The translations under genes and the position numbers were made by a program. Below are positions 1 through 10,651 of a DNA stretch of 64,000 bases, one piece after another. The stretch's first letter is position 1. Each line of letters starts with the position of its first letter. Below the pieces are notes generated by a model that was given only the letters and a program-made list of their open reading frames with translations, did no database searches and was not told where the DNA came from. Source of the DNA: Eutreptiella sp. 'Long Island Sound 2002' (Eukaryota > Protista > Euglenida); assembly GCA_964036045.1 (NCBI GenBank), contig OZ038378.1:147188001-147252000 (forward strand), given 5' to 3'.

Positions 1-454
1 TTAGTCCTCCCTGTCACTAAAAAGGACCCGTTCCACCGGTTCCGCAGGTTTAGGGTCTAGTACAGACTGCAAGCGTAGGTAGAGGGTTGGGAGGCCGGCG
101 ACGGGGTTTCTTTGTCCCTGGACTTTTGGTAGGCTTCCGTCATGGGTTCTCAGCCCAGTGCCTGCCAAACTGCTCTAGGTGACGGTGTGGCCTGGGGCAG
201 TGGGGTCCTCAGCACAGTAAAGAGTGTTGGCAAGGACGGGGCTAGAGAAATTGCAGCATCATGAGATGAGCCATCGGAACTTGCTTGGTCTGGGTTATTG
301 AACAATGCCATTGCCAGAGGGCAATCTATCTCTATATCATAAATTGACAGTCATGGCCTGTAATGTTTATCTGGAGCTGGCGGGCTTGGTTCGCCCCGTG
401 GGTCCTCTTTTTCTGGTACCCCCCCCCCCCTTGTATAAGCTACGCCAATGTACG

Positions 455-1181
455 GAATTATTACGGTCCCTACGCCTACTGTAGCTTGGACACGGGCGTA
501 GCTTACGCGCAATAAATACAACTACTGACACACACGTGCGCGCGCGCATGGTATGAGTGCCCCTTGACCTCCGCCCACATTACCAAGTGCATGCAAACAC
601 AAGAAGGCCTTGGGAACATGAAAGTTTCAGGTTTACACAAATGTTGGCACAAGCAATGAGGAATGCGAAGCCTACAAATGTTCGGCTCGGAAACCCTTCT
701 TGCGATCATACACCATGCGGAACAATTGCACATGCTCACCACTTGAAGATGCCTTTGGCTGAGGCTTAGGGGCTGGTTTGGGCTTGGGCAACGTCAAATT
801 CTTGGGAATGAAATTGCCTTGCATGTGGTCCCTTGTAAATTGGTCCCCCTTTTCTGATGGTCCCTTCATTGTAGCATCCACACGGTCACCGGTGGAACGT
901 GTGAAAATAACTGGACGGCCAGGTTCAAAAAGAGAAGATTGCATGGTGAGCTGATGCAAGAAAGGGGAATATAAAGCACAAATATTCCCAAAATCAGAGC
1001 CATGTGGGTTGAAGTGGGTGAAGGCTTACAACAAATGTGTCCATGGCTCCATCTAATTGGCAAATGTGTCACCAAACCCATGTCTTTTGTGGCCGCACTA
1101 CATACCGTACGCAATTAAAATTACGTACACAATTATTACAGTCCCTACGCCTACTGTAGCTTGGACACGGGCGTAGCTTAT
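455..1181. repeat. Dispersed repeat family with internal direct repeats; second copy at ~20370-20750
   Basis: The motif ac(g/a)gtccctacgcctactgtagcttggacacgggcgtagctta occurs at ~462-505 and ~1138-1180. Segment ~1030-1180 aligns with ~20525-20675. Confidence 0.7.
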
Positions 1182-1879
1182 ACAAGGGGGGCCATGAGGC
1201 AACGGAAACTGGGTTCGCATACGCCCCCGTGTCACAGGCGCATGGTCATAACCACAATTGTTCAATGTCTTGCTTGCTGCACTGCAGCGTAGACCAGTTC
1301 TGTACCACACCAGGTGGTTTCTGACTGTGCATTGGCTCTGCTCCTCTGGACAGTGAGGTCAGCTCGCACCCACCACCCACCCGCAGTGCCGGTTAGACTC
1401 TAACCCGTGCCCTGCTGGTCGTGCCCCTGGCTTGCACTCTTTCCCTGGCACGTAAGGACGTGTCGTTGTCGTGCCCCTGGGGCGCAAAGGCGCCTGTGTT
1501 GGTGCAAAGGTCTCTACACTTCAGCATGTGCTCCTGCCGTCAGGTGTCTCAACAGTTCATTGCTCTACCGTGTGTGGCGTCTACCTTTTTCGCTCGACAC
1601 CATTCATGCGCATGCTGTCCTTTTTTTCTTGCCCACTGGCTTCCAGCTGCCTCACGTGGGCCGCACTCTCGCAGCCCCTGTCATGCTTGGGCTGTTCAAC
1701 ACGTGACGACGTGTCGAGCCTGTGGCTCAGGGGCGCTACGGCGCCCTGCTTTTTCATTTCTTGACTGTTCCATGCTGCCGTGGCGTCCCATTTACCCTGG
1801 TCAGCTCGAACCCACCACCCTCCCTTTGCGCCGGTTAGCCCCGGTCTCTTGCTCTGTGGGTCTCTCTCCTACTCTCTCC

Positions 1880-1990
1880 CTCCCAATCTCTCTTGCTCTC
1901 CCCTGCTCTATCTCTCGTGTTGCTCCTCTCTGTTCCTTTCCCACTGTGCTCTACCCTCTCTCTCTCTCTTTCTCTCTCCCTCTCTCTCGC
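1880..1990. repeat. CT-rich low-complexity tract
   Basis: (CT)n and pyrimidine runs; these produce spurious SL/RE ORFs. Confidence 0.85.
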
Positions 1991-2009
1991 GCCCAAAAAA
2001 GGGGTTCGG

Positions 2010-2096
2010 GTCGTTCGGTGCATCTCTACCCCCCCCGGGGTTCGAACCATCCTCCACGGGACAGAAGAGGTGTGGTGTATCCACTGAGCCACGACG
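2010..2096 (-). mobile_element. tRNA-derived SINE head
   Basis: A-box TGGCTCAGTGG (2091-2081) and B-box GGTTCGAACCC (2048-2038) are 43 nt apart. The downstream motif gatgcaccgaacga is shared with the copy at ~26110-26205. Confidence 0.65.
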
Positions 2097-2150
2097 ATGG
2101 GGTATCTGCACCATGCGCTCCACTCTTCTTCTCCTTTGTGCCACCCCCTG

Positions 2151-2792
2151 TCATGCGTATCTTCTTTCGCATGGGGGTGTGTTCAGCAGCGTGTAGAGGA
2201 ACCGCACAGCGTCCCCGGGTACCGGGTCCGCCTGCCTGAAGAGCGTTCTTTGGAACAACCGCAAGAGGTCCGCTCGGCCTGCCATCCACACATGCATGCA
2301 ATCTCCAGTTCTGCTCACCGAGGAGGGCACCGCTCTGTGTCCTTCTGCCGTCGGACGGTGGAGGATCGCCTCCCACTGGAACGGGTGCCACTTGCCTGCA
2401 CTTTTGGGTCGCCACTGGACCTGCATGTTCGCCAGAGCCTGGGACTTCAGGGTCCAGTTGATCTGGACCATCACCGAGTAGAGCTCCTGATTGCTCATCA
2501 GCAATGGTTCCCCATGGTTGTCCACAATCTCACAGTGCATCCTGGTGTCATGTGGTTGGTCCAGTCGGAGCCAAATCTGCTGGTTGCGGGCCCAGGCCAT
2601 TTTGGTCAGCTCTGCTTCAACTGCTTGCAGTCCTTCGTTCGCAATGGCGTCCAGCTGACTCAGTGCTTGCACTTTGAAACGCTGGCGTTCTTGCTGAGAC
2701 TTGACCTTCTTTGGGGTTGGCTGGATGTGTGTGTATGGGCCATACCGCTGCTGATGTGATCCCTTCTCCTGCTGTGTCCTTCCAGACAGCAT
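2151..2792 (-). CDS. Unknown 213-aa ORF downstream of the LINE RNase H, same strand
   Basis: Open frame with protein-like composition; no motif recognised. Confidence 0.35.
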   Translation of the reverse strand: MLSGRTQQEKGSHQQRYGPYTHIQPTPKKVKSQQERQRFKVQALSQLDAIANEGLQAVEAELTKMAWARNQQIWLRLDQPHDTRMHCEIVDNHGEPLLMSNQELYSVMVQINWTLKSQALANMQVQWRPKSAGKWHPFQWEAILHRPTAEGHRAVPSSVSRTGDCMHVWMAGRADLLRLFQRTLFRQADPVPGDAVRFLYTLLNTPPCERRYA

Positions 2793-3283
2793 AACGCCTG
2801 GGTGCCTGTCCGCGACAGGACGCGGCGTTCAGCTGCTTGGAGTTCTCCTTTGCGTGTTGCTGCTCACTGCGACAAAACGCAGCTCATGTGATGCAAACTC
2901 TGCGTCAGAACACAGATTTTTCAGACATGCATTGTTGTGCTTGGAACCTGTGAGATGTCCGCACCACTGTGCAAGGGCTACTGGCTCTGTCATTATCGAC
3001 CCTGTCCTGGGTTCCTGCGTTTCCTGAGCCTTCGCTTCTTGCGCTGCCGCCTGGTGTCACTCACATCAGTGCTGAAGGACAGTGTGTCCGCTGCTGACAG
3101 TGCACTCGACAGCACTCCCTGGTGTGTGTGTCCTGTCCTCATTTCCTCGCTTTCTGTACTGCTTGAGGAGTATGGTCCCATCTCACGTGGCGCTGGCTCC
3201 CCGGATGCTTCCCCTTTCAGTTCATCACCGTCCATGGGTACCATACCCAAGGATGACCAGAGTGCCCTGGTGCCCTCTGACTC

Positions 3284-5289
3284 TCATCCTGACCCTCCCC
3301 TCAAGCCTACCGTGGACTCTGACCCTGATGATGAATTTGGTGCAATATGCTGTGACCACAGTGGGCTTGAACACATGCCTTCCATGGCCAATCCATTCGC
3401 CACCTCATTTCCCTGCACGTTGACATGTGCTGGGACATGTTCCCACCTGACTTCTCTTCCCGGCGTGCCATTTCCTGGAGCAATATTTCCCAGACTGGGA
3501 CGTGGACTTGCAGTTTTCCAGATGTGGTTGTCCATCCCTTTGACCTCCAGTGTTGGGCCCTACCAGTCGCTCCCAGCTACAGGTACTGCGAGTCGGTGAG
3601 GATTGCCAGTTTTGGCACCCAGAATCCCTGTAAGGCTTCCACGGCTGCCCAAAGCTCAGCTCCGTTATTCGTTTGCCTGTGATGTGTTGGTACGTAGCCA
3701 CAGAAGCGCACCTCTGGTCCTTGGTTGTCTTCCGACGCGAACACGCCAAATCCCCCGGCCCTGCGCATGTCCTTGTGGCTCAGTCGTTTCGACGATCCAT
3801 CACTGTACACTATCATGTAGCCCTTCGCCACCAGTTCTGCAATCAGATCTTGCACTCCTTGTAGCACTCCCGGGCCTGCCTGCCTCGGGCGCTTCGGACG
3901 TGATTCCATTGCCCTTTGCCAATTGTGATTGTTGGCTGATTTCTCTTGGGTGAAGCACTCCGTGTGTGTTTGCCACCATGCATTCAATCCCCCATGTATT
4001 TGCACTTCCCCTTGTCGCGGCTGCACTCCGGTGTCTCGAAGTTGTTCCAGTGATTTTTGAAAGCCTTTCCATTGTTCCCTGCGCTCCCCTGTGTAAAATC
4101 CCACCCACTCACATAGCTCCCTTAGCCATGTTGTTAGGTATGACGTGAACACCGGCGACGCTCCTGCCTTGACTTCGCATCGGTACCGCCAGTGGGCACT
4201 TCTTGCTGACCACATCGCCCAGCCTTGGTTCGTTTTCAGTAACCATTCTTGGTCGTCGGACTCCATGATATCTCGAACTGTGGATGTCCCGTTATCAGTT
4301 TCCACCTGGCCATGGTAGTGCTGTATAACCGCCGCCGCCGCTTTGAACATGGGGCATTCGACCATCGCGTGCTTAACCGTCTCCTTTTGTGAGCACACCG
4401 GGCACTTGTCAGTGCCTGACCTCTTGTAGACTCTTGCATGTACAGTCAGTTTGTGCCACGGCGCTTTTTGCGCAAAGTCCCGAACCCTCGGTGGTAGCTG
4501 CGCCTGTGCCAACTGTTCCCATACCTCCGGTGTTTGTGGGTCGCGGACCCCTGGCTGAGAGGCGTAGAACTGGAGCAGCCATGCCCTGGTCCAGTTTTGA
4601 GTATGGACTGCGGGGGTATCAAACCCCCCTTGTGACGGGACTTTGTTGAGGAGTCGTCTGCCATGATTGTAGACCCCTTTCCATGTCCGAGGCAGTGCAT
4701 TGAACAATCTTGCGTCCTCCAAGGATTGGAATTGACCCCACGTCAGCACCCCCTGCCGGATCAATTTCGTGTTGTAGTAGGAGCAGCGGAACTCATTTCG
4801 GAAATACACAGAGTGCCACAACGGCAGGCGGTCCCGGTTTGCCGGGGGGGCCACCTGCGGGGCCACTCGCTGAATGTTGGAGTGTGCCTTTGCCGACCAT
4901 CCCAGGAATGTTAGATCAGCCGTTCGGACCATGCCCAGTTGAATATATGGTAGGTTGTCCTTGGATGGTGTGAACCCTATGGTTGTTGCCCATGCATAGA
5001 AGGTCTCCACTGCCTTGTCGGGAAATTTGTGAGGCTCTCCCAACAGGCTGACGAACAGAGCCGCTGCCTGGTGCATAAGAAACAGCTCTGGTTCTGGTAT
5101 AGCCAGCCCCCCTTGCGTTCTTGGTCGTGAGAGGATTGGTAGGGTGATTCCCCAGCTGTTGGTACCCATAGTCACGTGGTACACCAACTTCAGGGGTCTG
5201 ATCACCGAGACTGGGGCGTAGTATGCCTTGGATACCCATGCCACGACCGGCAGAATCCATGATGTCCGCATGAACGCACGTTCGTTCAT
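3284..5289 (-). mobile_element. 5'-truncated L1/Tx1-like non-LTR retrotransposon A: RT C-terminus, zf-RVT zinc finger, C-terminal RNase H (disrupted)
   Basis: RPRTQGGLAIPE (post-RT motif), CPVCSQKETVKHAMVEC (zf-RVT), and RNase H motifs YSDGS / TNNGAEL / LTDSQY, then after a stop and a frameshift WEHVPAH..GNEVANGLA. Confidence 0.85.
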
Positions 5290-5319
5290 GGACAGTTGCA
5301 GCGTGGGGGGGGGGGGGGG

Positions 5320-5747
5320 GAAAGGGTCGAGCAGGAACGGGTGGGCTCGCCTCCCCTATTCCGCTAGCGCATCCGCGCGTTCATTGCCCGGGATCCACGG
5401 GTGGGAAGGGGACCAGGCCCATCGGATCACATGTTGCACAAAGTCAATGGCAAGCAATAGCGCTTCCCATAGGTCGGAGTTCACGACTGGGCCCTTTGAG
5501 AGACACCACTGTTGTGGACGCCACTCGTACGCTCACAGTGCGAATCTACAAAAATTACTGTGTGACTTTCACTACTGCCGAGATTGCTGCTTTAAGTTGG
5601 GCCCTCTTATTCGTCTGTTTCTCGAATGTATCTAGAGGCGAGGAAAATTTCTAGCGCCCCAGGTGGCAGCTGCCAAAACCACCCACCATGCCTGCCTTGG
5701 GGTAGGACTTGGTTGAGCTGTCAAATTGAAAAATATCCCACCCCTCT
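5320..5747 (-). pseudogene. RNase H domain of L1/Tx1-like element B (3' part; 5' part at 11781-~13350)
   Basis: GWDIFQFDSSTK..GGFG, QTNKRAQLKAAI, GPVVNSDLWEALL, WIPGNERADALAE, with stops and frameshifts. Confidence 0.8.
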
Positions 5748-5935
5748 GTTTAAATTGGTTTTCCCCCCATGGGCTTGGCACTTGCTGCTTCGCCCAACCA
5801 AACCCCACGCACACAGTAGACGAGACAACAGTGCACAGTCGTGGACATTGCTGAACCCAAAGAACGTAGTGTCGCGTGACCATTGTGCTGTTGTGCCGGC
5901 GGCACCATCCGTCACCACCACCACCAGGGAGCACA
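5748..5935 (-). repeat. Split direct repeat B2 (3' terminal)
   Basis: Matches 6335-6552 except for 2 substitutions and a 30-bp deletion bounded by cac microhomology. Confidence 0.95.
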
Positions 5936-6226
5936 GGGTGGTGCGGGTGGTGCATGGTAGGGGACATCCACGGTCCCGATAGACGTTTATACGACACACA
6001 TATACGTTGGTCCATCGCCTGTGCGACGGCCGCGCCTGTACCTGTGCCTGTGGTGGGCGGTGGTTCTCCCGTGAAACGTGTCACGGCCCCATCGAGGCCG
6101 TTCGCTGGCGAGTTGCTCTGTGCCCCTGCGCCACACTTCGCCCCGCGGCCCTTGCTACTCTATGCCACACCTTGCGCGCTCACCCACGCACGTCCGGCAC
6201 ACGCCCGTTGTTTTAGGGAGGGTGGG

Positions 6227-6335
6227 AGGGCGACGGCACACCACAAAACAAACAAACACTAGGCGAGTGTTCACGAGGTGCCCTCCTCCCACCCCCTTGC
6301 CCAATTTAAACTCAAGTTTACTGCATAAACTTTAG
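6227..6335 (-). repeat. Split direct repeat A2
   Basis: 109/109 identical to 11673-11781 by eye. Confidence 0.95.
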
Positions 6336-6552
6336 TTTAAACTGGTTTTCCCCCCATGGGCTTGGCACTTGCTGCTTCGCCCAACCAAACCCCACGCACC
6401 TCCTTCCACCTCCCCTCACTGTCATCCACACAGTAGACGAGACAACAGTGCACAGTCGTGGACATTGCTGAACCCAAAGAACGTAGTGTCGCGTGACCAT
6501 TGTGCTGCTGTGCCGGCGGCACCATCCGTCACCACCACCACCAGGGAGCACA
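6335..6552 (-). repeat. Split direct repeat B1
   Basis: Abuts A2; copy of 5748-5935. Confidence 0.95.
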
Positions 6553-7235
6553 AAAAAGTTATTCAAAATCACCCTTCTTACTGGGTTTGGTCCACATCTC
6601 CACTTGCGCTTTCCACCTCTCCGTGGCCACCCCCCTCCTGCTGCACTTCCCGCATCACTGCGGCCACCGCCTGCACCATAGCCGGCGAACCGGCGGCCCA
6701 AAGCCTTTGCGTCCCCGGCGGTAGCCGAGGCCCGTGTTTCAGCTTTTCCACCGTTACGGAGATACGCACGCCACGTGTCGCCCCGGTCAACTCAGGGATG
6801 AAGACCGCTCGCTCCATGGAGTGTGTTCCCTGCGGCTTTCCTTCGACCTTGCGTTGCGTCTCGCGCCGCCATGTTGCCTCGACACGTCTGCACAACCGCA
6901 TCACGACCGGAAAGCGCTTGCTGTTCGCCAGCCCTGGTGTGACCGTCCACGTTCGATATGACACGCTCGCCACCTCGTATACTTCTTCAAACCTGTGAGC
7001 CGCCACCAGTCTATCGTCTCGTCGCCCCCGCTTAGCCGCCACCTGCGCCGCATCGCGCTGCGCGCTGCCAGCTCGTGGCATGTGTAGCACGTGTGGCGCC
7101 GCAAAACAAAGTTCTGCCACGAGCAGTGCACAACACTCCCCTTAGCAGCCCAGGCACTTGCTGCCGGGCCCACGCACGACGCTCACGCACACCCACCGCA
7201 AGCTCACTACAGGCGCGCAGACTCACGGCTCGAAA

Positions 7236-7740
7236 TCAGAACCGCAAGACACCCCAACATTCTGTCTGAGTGCAAACAGGTAACAAATCTGCCATTTGGT
7301 CGAAGGCAGACCCCAGTGCCATGCTCTTGTCACCAAAAAAATTGGTGCGGACCCGAGACAGATAGTCCGCCGGCATGATGGCCCCGGGTACATACGAAAG
7401 GTGCACCGAAGTCCCTCCCTTTGCCAGAGCATACATTATTTGTCGAACACACCGACGCTGCTCCCTCAGCCCAATTCCCACTTTCCCTGATCTTAGGCCC
7501 CAGAGCACCCCTTGGTTGTCCAGATGCAGTGTAGCCCAAGGGAGCTTCCGTCCCCCCACTGATTTCACGGCCGCAGCCGCCCCTCGAAATTCTAGCACCT
7601 GCTGGTTCTGCAGCGGTACACGCAGGGAGTGGTGTGCTCCCGCCGATGAGCACATACCCAGCCTGCCACTATTTCCGTCCCGCGCTGCGTCGGAGTACAC
7701 CTGCGGGCACAGCCCCTTAGGGGGCGGGGGGGGGGGACGA
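7236..7740 (-). CDS. RNase H domain of the YR retrotransposon (DIRS-type)
   Basis: VYSDAARDG, NQQVLEF, LHLDNQ, LSYVP..IMPADYLSR. Joined to RT by a frameshift in the G/C run at ~7720-7737. Confidence 0.85.
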
Positions 7741-9200
7741 CGCAGGCGGCCACCAGCCCCTCCCAGCAAACCACAACGCACCCGACAGCGACCGCAAAAG
7801 GTTTGTGGGCGGGTGCGGCATCCATTTTGCGCCCCACTGTACGTGCGCAATGGGCCCCGCCAGAAAAAGGTTTGACCAATGCGATGGCCTGCAGGCCCAG
7901 ATCAACTTCCCCACCACCCGCTGTACGGACTTTCGCGTAACCGGCCTGGATGCCATCAGTACGTACCTGCTCAGGGCATCTTCCAACGTGTGCCTGGTGT
8001 TCACAATGACCCCCCGCCCAAAGTCGACATGCTTGCCCAAATAGACAAGCTCCCTCTCCGGCCGACTGGACGACTTTTCACTGATCAGGAAGCCTGCGTT
8101 TTTCAGAACTTCCTTGAACTCCGCCAGCTTTGTGGCAACGGCGGCCTCGGAGTCGCCGAAAACCAGAAAATCATCGAGGCAGTGCATGAGCCGCAGCACC
8201 GCCCCTGCCACCTCCAGCCCAACGTTCCCCGTCAACTGTGCCAGCAGTCGCTGACACAGTAGTGGACTGTAGCTCCAACCAAACGGCAGCGTCTTAAAAA
8301 TCCACACGCACTCCTCCCCCCCCACACGAAAAAGGTGGCCTTTCCCCTTTGGCAGCAGTATAGACCAGTAACAATTTGTGATGTCGATGTTGGCCCCCCA
8401 GCCACGCAGCCCTTGCGAAAAAACCTCCGCTAAAGACTCTACCTGAGGCAGGCTGACACGCGGCACCCTGTACCCGCCCTCCCACTGCCGCTGGTTTGCG
8501 CGCACCCCGTGCAGGATAAGTCGCGCCTTGGTCTCATTTTTGGGGATGGTGAAGGCAGTCGCCGTAGGCGACCACGGAATGCCCAAGGCATCCGCCTCCT
8601 GCCTAGACAGTTGCTGCAGTGCCCCTGTCCCTGCAATGGCCCTGAGCATGTCAGCCGTGGGTCCTCGCACCTTCCGTACCTCCTCAGCAGACGAGAGTAA
8701 AATCTCCTGTTGCGGACTGACATAGATCTGCCACAGCCAATCCGGCAGTGGAACCGCACCCACTGACCCTATCCCTTTTTGGGCTATCTCAGGAGTCACC
8801 TCACCTTCCGGCACGGCGGGGTAAATGCCGTCCAGCAGCTCCCTAAGTCCCTCCATGACCATGGCCTCGCACAGATGCATCCATGTTAGTAGTGGCCTGT
8901 CGTCCCTCAAATCCTCACTCAACTGGAACACCTCTTTCCTGAACACATCCAACGCCTTGTACGCGCGTCCCTGCTCTACACCCCACTTTTGTGCAAAACG
9001 CAGCGAAAGCTGATACATGGCCTCTCGGAACCTGGCCTTGGAGGGCCGCTCCGCCTCAACGGTAGCATCAGACGTTACTCCCGCCCCGACACGACACACG
9101 CAGGCCACGTACGACGCGCATACCACCGCAACCCACCACGCCCGCGAAAGTAGTCGCACCAGTACCGCCAACAAAGCGCCAAACCCGCCTACGCACAGCC
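7717..9200 (-). CDS. Reverse transcriptase of the YR retrotransposon
   Basis: FTIPKNETKARLI, NIDITNCYWSI, KTLPFGWSYSPLLCQ, HCLDDFLV (YLDD to CLDD), LVYLG. The frame is open from 10584. Confidence 0.9.
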
Positions 9201-9757
9201 ACAGCTCTCCACTAAGCGGTGGAGGAGTAAGACGAGTAAGACGAGTAGGACACGCTGCCGGTGGCTCTCCGCACTCGCTTGAACCCCCCCTGTGCCCGGG
9301 CCTCCTCAGCGCGCCCTCTCTTAAACTTAGGGACCAGGCGCAAGGGGACGAGGGCTTCCTCTGTGGGACGGCAGTCGGACGAAGCCGACTCGGTTGAGGA
9401 GGCCGGCACTTGCTGCCCACCACCCTGAACTTGCCGCGCCCCTGTCGAGCTGCCGCCCCCGTTGTCGGGTGCCTGCCTGTGCTTGGCGAGCTGTCGCTTC
9501 GGTCGCAGTTTGCTCCCCGCCCCGCCCTGGGCCGCCGCCGAGTTTCCAGCGTGCCCGTCGGTCCCGGGCATGGTCCTCGAGGGCCCAAACGCCACATGCT
9601 CCTTTCTGTGCTTCCACTGCTGTCGTATCCCAGACGGCCAGAGCTGTTCGAGCCGTAGGGACGTCGTGCGGCTGCGCCACCTGCCTCCAGCTCCCTCTCG
9701 GGGAGGTCGCGGCCAGAAATCTTCCGCTTGCACGGGCTGCGTTTCGGTCGGATGCGC

Positions 9758-10651
9758 TTACCACCGCGCGGTGGAGTCACGTGCCCAGCGGCCCCACACG
9801 GCGACCTGCCGTATTGTGGCCCCTGCCGTCCACATGGCTCGAGCTCCAGCTCTGCGCCAAGCGTGCCAGCGGGCACCCTCAAATGGGGACCCGACGAGGA
9901 GGCGTTGCATGCCCTTCTCCAGCTGCTGTGTCGTCCACGGCCGCCTTCCTTCCGCCGCCGGCTCTGGGAAGTGGCGCTGGAGCCACTGCAGCCACTCCCT
10001 TGTAAGCGGCGTGAGTGACCTCTGTTGCCAGTCCTGCCTCGTCTTGGAGTCGAAGAACCGTACCGCGTCGTCCACGACCGCCCAAGGCTGTAGAGTGATT
10101 GCCTCTCCGACGCGCAGGAAGAGCTGGAACGAGACGATGGCCAGCCCGACCACTGCCCAGTCCTCCAGGCTGCTGGCTCTTGCTGCCATGTGTAGCAGCA
10201 TGATCGGGGATCCCCAGATACGTTCTTTTGCCGCGTTCCTTGTCTTCTCCGCCGCCTTGACGGATCTCCAGATGGTGGCCGGGATGCACCCGTCAACCAG
10301 CCGCACTTCTGTCGCCATAACGGCTGCGCTGATGATCCCTTTGATTGTGCTCTCGGACTTCCCCAATCGGGCGCACTCCAATATGGCCTGCTCCAGGACC
10401 CGCTCCTTGGCATCACATGGGAACCGCCGCTCGACCGCCGCCAGTCTGCGCAGGTGACACTGGTATGTCCCCAATAACGATTCTTCCCATCCCAGCAGGA
10501 CAAACGTCTGCCAGCTGTGCAGAGCGTCTTGTGTGCGTAGTCTCTCCATCTTCTGGAGGGCCGCCCCCCAACCGTCCCCTCCACGGGTACTTGCTGCCCC
10601 CCTGCGCCCGCCGTCTCGCCGAGCTCCGAGGCGGCGGGGGCCCCCTTCCAT
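9758..10651 (-). CDS. Tyrosine recombinase; catalytic Tyr codon is TAA
   Basis: FLRVGEA (Arg I), DSKT (Lys), HAWRRAGA (HxxR), WGRWARDSTARW*. Confidence 0.9.
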   Translation of the reverse strand: MEGGPRRLGARRDGGRRGAASTRGGDGWGAALQKMERLRTQDALHSWQTFVLLGWEESLLGTYQCHLRRLAAVERRFPCDAKERVLEQAILECARLGKSESTIKGIISAAVMATEVRLVDGCIPATIWRSVKAAEKTRNAAKERIWGSPIMLLHMAARASSLEDWAVVGLAIVSFQLFLRVGEAITLQPWAVVDDAVRFFDSKTRQDWQQRSLTPLTREWLQWLQRHFPEPAAEGRRPWTTQQLEKGMQRLLVGSPFEGARWHAWRRAGARAMWTAGATIRQVAVWGRWARDSTARW

